Source: an uncultured Lentisphaerales bacterium (lineage in GTDB: Bacteria > Verrucomicrobiota > Lentisphaeria > JABSQK01 > UBA12247). Taken from it: a stretch of 64,000 bases of DNA. The position numbers and the translations under genes are program-made. This document shows, piece by piece, positions 19,001-28,000 of this stretch (positions are counted from its first letter, which is position 1; each line of letters starts with the position of its first letter). The stretch covers positions 110,984 to 174,983 of the forward strand of contig CALSSJ010000023.1 of assembly GCA_943788985.1 (NCBI GenBank), written 5' to 3'. Under the pieces are notes generated by a model. The model was not told the origin of the DNA. It saw only the letters and a program-made list of their open reading frames with translations, and ran no database searches.

Positions 19001-22000
19001 AGCCCATTGATCTGCGCCGTGCTGCGGGCTACGCTCCAAACTCGTACTTCGTCGATCAGACCTTCGAAGCCGCCAGAAGCTGCACCAATGTACAGGTCAC
19101 CTGGCTTCTGATAAGGCTTGAAGCCTGTGAAGTTCACGGACTGCGAGCGACCGTTCACGTAGAGGATTAGACGCCCGGCATCCGGGTCAAGGGTACCAGC
19201 GATATGGGTCCATTCGCCCAGCTCTGCGAGGTCGGTTCCCACAATTTCCTGGTTTTCACCGAGGTTATCTGGCGTGTAGGAGACGTATGGGAAGCCTGCA
19301 CGCAGACCCAGCTCGTAGTTCACAGCGTCAGCGACCAGCTGTACGCGGCTGTTGCTCGGCGCTTCGTTGGCCAGTGTTTCACCGCCAGCCAAGGTAAGGA
19401 CAGTTGGTGTAACTTCCGCAATCTCATAGCTGCCGTTGTTGGACAGCGAGCCTTCCACGGTAATGGTCATACCAGCCGCCATTCCGGCAGTGATGAAGTC
19501 ACCCCCGGCTGTGGTGATCGTGTCTGCGAGCGGATCGTTATTGGCAAACGTCAGGTCGCGACGATCGACACGACCGCTGACCTTGCGAACCACAACGCCG
19601 TCGGCGTTGGCTGCATCTGGGTAGACCCACGCTTCAACCGTGAAGGAATCCAGCTCATGGCGTGCCTGGCCAATGGCCTGCATGTAGCCACCAGCACCAA
19701 GACGCAAGCTGCGACGAACCAGCGGATCGAGTGAGGATGTCGGGCTATCGCCCTGAGCAATCTCGGTCTCGTCATCCAGGCCATCGTCATCGCTGTCTAC
19801 CAGCAGTGGATCACTGCCATAGGTGTTGAGCTCTGCCCCGTCCAACAGGGAGTCGCCATCGGTGTCTGCGACCGTCGGGATGGTGCCGTCGGTATTCTCG
19901 TAGCGACGATCAGTGATTGGACCAGTGATGTTGATCGTGGTGACGTAGTGATCCCCGGTCGTTGGCGTGTCATTCGGCGTCGCAACTGGCTCGACAAAGC
20001 TCCAAGTGCCGTCAAACTTTGCCAGCATGCCAATCTGGCCCTGCCATTCATTCCCGATATTGATCTCGGTCCCGCTCGCGGATGCTTCCACGTAATACCA
20101 GACGCCGATTTGCGGATTGGTTGGGCGAATCGCATCTGCGACCACTTCGTCGTAGACCCATTCGGAGCTGACGTCGTCGTAGACACCGATACCGATCTGC
20201 GGGATGGTGCTGTCGCGGCCGAGGTACTCTTCCATGTTGGTCAGGCCATCACGGTCGATGTCTTCGGCGCCGTCACGAATACCGTCGTTATCAGTATCTG
20301 CATTGTTCGGGTTGAGGTCGACATCAATCTGGCCGATCTGCCCCAAGCCGAAGATCCGGTTCTCACTGTAAAGCATTTCGAACCAGTTCGGTAAACCGTC
20401 ACCGTCGTTATCCAGCTGACCTTCACCGGCGAACGTGTTACCGACAACGCGGGCAGCGTAGCGCCAGTTATAGCCGTCGACGGAGGAAACGTTCAGCCAA
20501 TCTCGCGGATGAGCGAAGTCCTCGACGAACTGTCCACCATCGTTGAAGCTGTAAAACAGGACCGGTTCGATCGTGTCGACCACGATGGTCTCGACCTGTG
20601 TGCCAGTGACGGCTCCGGCGTCGTCCACAATCGTTGTGCTGATTGTATCGAAAATCTCGAAGGCACCGAAGGAGTTTCCTTCACGAGCAAGCAGGTAGAT
20701 CTCCTGCAACTGCGCGGCAGTCAGGATGTCTTCCCAGATCGTGATGTCATCCATCTGGCCGCTGTAGTGCGTGCTGCCAACTGCGGACTGCGTCACACCG
20801 TTGTAGTCCACACCCACGTAGAGGTGGCCGGTCTCGATGACCGGTGTGGAGATCGGCAGGCGCGAGTTGGTGCGCTGGTCGAACGTGTCAGGCCCAGTCG
20901 GGACAAACAGGTCCAACTGCATGTTGTTGTTCGCGATATCCAAGGTAGCTGCGATCATCGCCCACTCGCCGGCACCAATCGTGTCGCGGCTTTCCAGAGT
21001 CACCAGACGGTTGATCAGCTGATTATGATACTCGAAGATCACCGTGCCATCCGGTAGCAAGCGAAGTGCGTAGTTCAGCACGTCGTTGTTGTCGCCACGG
21101 GCGTGCTTCTCCAAGATCGTGTGGCTGCCGTTGAGGTCCGGCTTGACCCACAGCGTAATCATGAACGTCTCGAGGCCAATGGTCTCGTTGTCGTAGGCCA
21201 CGAGGTAGTCATCACCATCGAAGGTACCAACCCGACGAACGCCTGGATCCAGGGAGTTTGCAGCGTCACTGGTCAGCGTGGTCGAGATCGCATTGACCTC
21301 GTCGTTGTCGCCGATGCCATCATCGTCGGTGTCCTTCAACAACGGATGCAAGCCCAGAACCTGTTCTTCCAAGTTCGTCAGGCCATCGCCCAATTGCTGC
21401 TCTTCGCCTGTGTCGTAGACACCATTCGCGATCGAATCCGTCCAGACAGCCAAGCCATTGTTCGCCACCAAGAAGCCCGCGTTCGGCGAACCGGCAGTGC
21501 CAGCGCGGATGATCGCCAAGTCGCGATCCTCTTCACGATCAGGAGTGCCGTTACCGTCACTATCGAAACGCTTCGGATCGAGCTCTGCGAGATACTCGTA
21601 GAAGTCGTTCAGGCTGTCGGAGTCGAAGTCCGTGTAGCCCTGCGGGCCATTCTCATCGAGTCCAACAGACGTCAGATTGCCGAAGTATGCCAGCTCCCAC
21701 GAATCAGGAATTTCGTCGTCGTCGGTGTCGACAGGTACCGCTGGTGTCGGAACAGCTTCCGCTGGCTCCGTCATCGTCGCGCCGTTCGCGAGAACTGCCG
21801 CGTTGGCCCACTCGCTCAGCCAATCGGCCTGGGCAACAGCATCTGCAGCAGTCTCACCACCGTCGTCGAACCGATAGTAGGCAACCAAGCCAGCTTCCGT
21901 GCCGCTAAGAGTCTCGACCATCTGTGCCTGAATCGTGGTCTGATTGCGCACGATAGACCAGATACGAACTTCGTCGATGAAGCCGATGAAGCCTTCACCC

Positions 22001-25000
22001 ATCCGCGTGAAGACTGGTCCCGGACCGTTGAGTACGGGCTTCTTCAGGGTGTTGGTTGTGGTGGAGTCGACGCCATTCAGAATCAAGCTCACGACATTCT
22101 CGGCAGGATCGAAGGTTGCCGCGACGTGCGTCCACTCATCCAGCTGGGCAGTCGCAGTCACAACGGACATCACAGTCACAGGACCGGAGCCATCGCGAGC
22201 ATCGAAGGTGATGGAAAGCTGACCACCTGCATTCACTGACAAGCGATAGGAGTTACCGCCGACGGTGCGCTGCAGGACTGTACCATCGCTGGCTGCTGTT
22301 GGGTAGATCCAGGCTTCAATCGTCCAAGCCGGCAAGGCCAAGCGGCTAGTCAGTGGCAGTGTAGCATAGGATGAGCCGTCGACAGACAGCGCAAGCTCTT
22401 GGACTGGGCTGAACTGGTTGCGTGGGTCGTTGCCGCCAAGTTCCTCGTCACCATCGGAGACGCCGTCATCATCAGTGTCAGCGACCAAAGGCAGGGTCGC
22501 GAGAATGAGTTCGTCGCCGTTTGCGAGTCCGTCACTGTCCGCGTCCGCGTCGAGATCGAGGATGCCATCGACATTTGCATCCGGCAGGGAGACGTGTCCT
22601 GCCCAACTGTAGCTGGGCAGCAGAGGCTGGTTATCGGCTGGATCGTCGTCAGTCTGCGCTGACTCGTCACCACTTTCACGCTCACCGTCAGGCCGGGTCG
22701 CTGTGCTCGGATCATTGGCGACCTGAACGACACCATACCAGTCAGGCACCTGGTCAAGGTCGGCATCATCGAAGACGGTGCGCAGGGCGACCGGCATCCG
22801 GCGTCCACCAAAGCTCAGTGCTGCGGTGTCAATTTCGACAACAGTACCGGTGATGGTATAGCTCTGGCCGATTCTGTCGGCGCGCAAGGGCCTCCGGAAA
22901 TCCTCAATGGTGCTTCCGCCGTCATCGAAGCGGTAATAGGCTTGTAGGTCTTCGTCGCCTTCGAGTACCAGGTGATCGCGCATTGCCTCAACCTGGCCAG
23001 CGGTTCGGGCGATATTCCAGACACGCACCTCGTCTAGCAGGCCGCTGCTGAAATTGCTGGAAGCGTTGCCATTACCACCGAGGTAGACCATCGCATCTTC
23101 GTCAACGGGGACTTCGATTGGGAGGGCATTGCTTTGCGCCTTCCAGAGCAATCCGTCCACATAGAGTGCGATGGTCTGCAGATCACTATCGTAGGCCACA
23201 GCCACGTGATGCCACTCACCAGTCCCGAAGGCGGTAAAATAGTCATCACCTATTCTCACGGTCTGGTTGGTGGTTGTGACGTACTGAGCGTAGGGCTGAC
23301 CAGCGTTCACGCCAATCTCGAGTACCACGCTACCAGCGACCTGCGCCCCCAGTACCACGCCAGTTGTATCACCATCAAGCTGAATCCAGTACTCAGCGGT
23401 CCAGCTGTCAGCCAGTGAGTCGAAGCGCTCTGCATGCGGCAGAGTCGTACCAGTGAAACTGATCGAGCTCAGATCGAGAGCCCGCGCTACGTAGCCACTG
23501 CGGTTTGCCGCGCTTCTCGGGACCTGGCTCATTGAATGTGCAGGGCTCGTAAATTGAGCGGCTTCTACGTCATCGTTCACGCCGTCGTCATCGGTATCTT
23601 CGTTTCGAGGATCCGAGTGGACCTGCTGTTCTTGGAAGTTGGTCAGCGTATCGCCATCCGCATTCTCCAAGTCGTCATCAAGGCCATCACCATCGGTGTC
23701 TTCATTGGTTGGGCTGGTGCCAGCGAGATACTCGTAGAAGTTGGTCAAGCCATCTTCGTCCTCGTCGCCGTCGGCTTCGCCACTCAGGTCACCGAAGACC
23801 TCACGCTCCCACCAGTCTGGCAGACCGTCGTCGTCTTCGTCGGCACGCACAGATGGCGTGCCTGCGGAGAACGCGGCGCCGGTTGCCATGCGGGCTGCAT
23901 GCATCCAGTTGGTCTCCCAGTCGCGAGCGACCGAGTAGTCTTCTACTGTCGTGCCACCATCATTGAAGGAGAAGAGAGCGACCAAGTCGGACTCGTCGCC
24001 GGTCAAGGCTGTGTCGTAGCTACTTTCTACAGCAGCGCTCCAGATCGCGACATCGTCGATCGCCCCCTTGAAGTTGGCGCCGAGTTCGACGTAGGTCTCA
24101 CCGGGGCCACTCGTTGGGGGCAGGTTCACGGCAGTCGTGCTCTCGTCGCTGATTTCCTCGCCACTTTCGTAGTCGTGTACAGTCAGCGTCAGCATTTGAC
24201 CGCTGGCGCTGTAGGAACCGGAGATATGGCTCCAGGTCCCAAGCGCAACCGGATCGTCGGACAACAGCTCGATCGTCTGGATGTAGGACTGGTTGGCCTG
24301 GAAGGCGCGGCGATAGCGATAGGCAACGTAGGCATGCAGGCTGCCATTGACATCACGCAGGCCTATCTCGTAGTTGGTGCCCTCGGCGAGGCCGTTGGTG
24401 ACCTGGACCGGGAAGCTACGCGAGAGGATCACACCATCCCGAAGTTCGGTGGGCTGGACCCAGGCCTCAACCGTCCACTCAGTAAGAGCGTGACGATCCT
24501 GTGGCTGGAGCCAAAGCTTGCCAGAACCATTGAAGCTCATCACGAAGTCGCGAACGCGCTTGGTGGAATCAGCAGGGTCGGACTCGTTGCCGGCATCTGC
24601 CTGATTCTGTGCTTCTTCGTAGTCGTTGCCGGGCTCGTAGCCGTCCCACCAGTTGATCTGGCCGTCTGCCACGCCGGCAGGACCATTGTCGTCGATCTGG
24701 CTGATGACGCCATCGAAGACACCGTTCTCGTCAGCGACATCGGTGAAGTCGTCATCGGTGTCGATCAGCAGCGGATGCGTGCCGCGGAGCTGCTCAATTA
24801 GGTTAACCAAGCCATCCCAGTCAGAATCCTCGTGGGTATCCGGAGTGCCGTTCAGGTTGGTGTCGCCTTCGAGCGGATCCGTGCCAGCCAGGAACTCGTA
24901 GAGGTCGTTCAGACCGTCGGCGTCCGTATCGGTGTAGCCATCGACGTAGGCGTCTTCATTGAACGTGCCAGAGGTTGGTGCAGCTTCGGCAGTGGTGAGG

Positions 25001-28000
25001 TCTGCGAAGTTCTGTAGCTCCCACGCATCAGCAATGCGATCGTCATCGGAGTCTTCGGTGCCGAAGACCGGTACTGGTGCAGCGACCGGTTCTTCGACCA
25101 CGACTGCCAGGCCGTCACGGTCAAGGGCGTAGGCCCAATCGGAAGGCTGGGTGAAATCTTCGATGGTTGCGCCACCATCGTCGAAACGGAAGTAGACGAG
25201 CAAACCAGCGGCATCACCAGGTACGGGACCGTGGCGATTGGCTGCGATTTCGGCTGCCGTGCGCTGTGGGGACCAGACGCGGACTTCGTCCACGAGGTGG
25301 CCAACATCAGCGAAGCCGCTGTCGAGTACCAGTGTGCCGTTGTGCCCTGGGCCAGTGACGGCAGCTTGCGCCCCGTCGACCTGGGTGCCATTCAGATACA
25401 AGCGCAGCGTTGCGGAGTCCGCATCCCAGCTGGCAGCCAAGTGATTCCAACGGCCAGCAGCAAGCGTCGTCTCTAACGTGGCGGTTACGCCGAGTACAGA
25501 GGCAACCGGGCTCCCGTTGTCGAGACCAAAGGAGAACAGGTCATCCTGCGGTCCGAGCAAGGTCAGGATGTCACCGCTTGCGGAATCGTTGGCAGCGTAG
25601 AACCATGCTTCAACGGTCCAGCTGTCGAGGGCGAAACGACTACCTTCGGGCTGCGGAACAACCAAACCAGCGGACTGCAGTGCATAAACCCGCGAAACTG
25701 CTGGATCGAGGCTGACGAGAGGATTGATCTCGTTGCCATCGAGCAGACCGTTGTCATCGGTATCCGGATTGTTCGGATGGGTGCCACGCAGTTGCTCGTT
25801 GAGATTGGACAGGTTGTCGTTGTCTAGATCGCGACGATCATCACGGATGCCGTCGTTGTAGGTGATCTGGTCGGTCGGATCGGTTCCAGCGAGCCACTCG
25901 TAGTAGTCGCTGAGGCTATCGCCGTCGACATCCCCGGAGCCATCGCGGCCCAAGTTGCCGAAGAAGTGGAGTTCCCACCAGTCCGCCATGCCGTCGCCAT
26001 CGCTGTCAAGGTTGACTGCGACTGGATTGTCACCAGAGACGCCATCGTTCGAGCCAGCGAAGGTTGCTGCGTGATGCCAGCCAGACAACCAGTCATTCAC
26101 AGGCATTGCGAAGTCTTGGGCCGTAGTTCCGCTGTCATCGAAGCGATACAGGGCGACGAGAGCATCCGACCCGGTGTGGAATCCCTGACCGGTCAAGTCG
26201 CTTGTGGAGGCGCTACTCCAGATTGCGAGATCGTCCAGCTCGGCCGCCAAGCCTTCACCGACTGCCATGCTGCTCCAGCCAATCACGTCCGCGGCGGGGG
26301 CAATCCCGCTGGTGACGGTGTTTTGCAGCAAGCCATTGACCGTGATACTCAACTCGCCGCTCTCGGCGTCGTACTGAGCTGCTACGTGACTCCAACGTTC
26401 CGCAAGAATCGACGCCCCGGAGGTGGCGATCACGCTGGCGGAGCCGTGGTCTTCATAGCTGCCAGTAAAGCTGGCGTATGGCTGCAGGCTGCTGTTGATG
26501 CCCAGCTCATAGTTGACGGAACGAGCGTCGTCATCGTCATGCGCATCGGCGATGCGGCGCGATACGATGATACCACCATCGGTATCGCTGGTGCTCAGCT
26601 TGATCCAGGTCTCCACGGTCCAGCTTTCAGCAAGGTTGAAGCGGCTCTGGTTTGGTACTGCTAGAGTGGCGCCTTCGGTCGGCAAGGACAGGACGCGAGG
26701 CACATACGGTGACAGCGGCTGGATCGGACTGCTGGTCACAGCATTGGCGAACAGTTCTGCATTGTCTTCAGCGCCGTCGTCATCCGTATCAGCAGCGGCA
26801 TTCCACGGATCTGTGCTCTGGGCAGCCTCTTCGAGGTTGCTCAGGTCATCACTGTCAGGGTTACGCTGCGCATCGGAGGTGCCGTTGGTGGTCGCGTCGA
26901 TCGGGCTGGTACCGGAGCGCCATTCAGCAACTTCGTCCAGGCCGTCGCCATCTTCGTCGTTCTCTTCTGCTGCGGTCGGATTCAGGCCGTAAGCGTGTTC
27001 GAACCAAGTTGGCAGGTTGTCGCCATCGAGGTCGCCGTGAGTCGGGGCAAAGCTGCTGTTGACGACCGAGGCACCTGTCAGCGTGGCTGCGTGGCGGGTA
27101 TGACGCCCGCGCAGTGCCAAGGAGAAGTCCTCGGATTCGGTCAGGTCCTGCACGAAGGCAGAGCCAGCGATGGCTTCGTCAGCATTGAAGTAGGCGATCA
27201 GCCCGGTTGCTTCCACAGTCGCCAGCGCTTCGCCGAGGTTCAGCGTGGCACCCGTGAGAATGCGGCCGTCCAGGCTTGCCAGCGGCGTCGCCGTTTCGAG
27301 CAGGCGTGTCTTGATCTCGAGGAAGGTACGCTTTGGCTGCGCCGAGAGCAGCACAGCAGCAGCACCCGCGACATGTGGTGATGCCATCGAAGTGCCCTGC
27401 AGATTGTGGTAGCCACCGCCAAGGCGAGTGCTGTAGATCTCGACACCAGGAGCAGCGATGTCTACGGTGGTGATGCCATAGTTGCTGAAGCCTGCCATCT
27501 GGCCGTCACGGCTGATCGCTGCGACAGAGATGATGTTCTCTAGGTCGTAGCTTGCCGGGTAGGCTGGATTGGAGTCGTTGTTGCCGGCGTCGTTGCCAGC
27601 AGCAGCGACAAAGAGCTGGCCAACGGCCTGGGCGCGGGCGATCGAGTCGTAAAGGGCTTGCGAGAAACCGCCGCCGCCCCAGCTGTTGTTGGTGAGCGTG
27701 GCGCCCATCTGAACAGCATAGTCGATGGCCGCGATGGCATCTGCTGTGGTCCCAGAGCCATTGTCACCGAGGAAGCGGAGCGCCATAATGCGCACGTTCC
27801 AGGCTACCCCGACGACACCGACATTGTTGTCGCCCACGGCGCCAACGGTGCCAGAGACATGCGTCCCGTGCCCGTCCACATCCATCGGGTCCCCGTCGTC
27901 CTGGGCGAAGTCGTACCCGTAGACATCGTCGATGAAGCCATTGCCATCGTCGTCGATCCCGTTATCCGGGGTTTCGCCTTCGTTCTTCCACATGTTTGCG

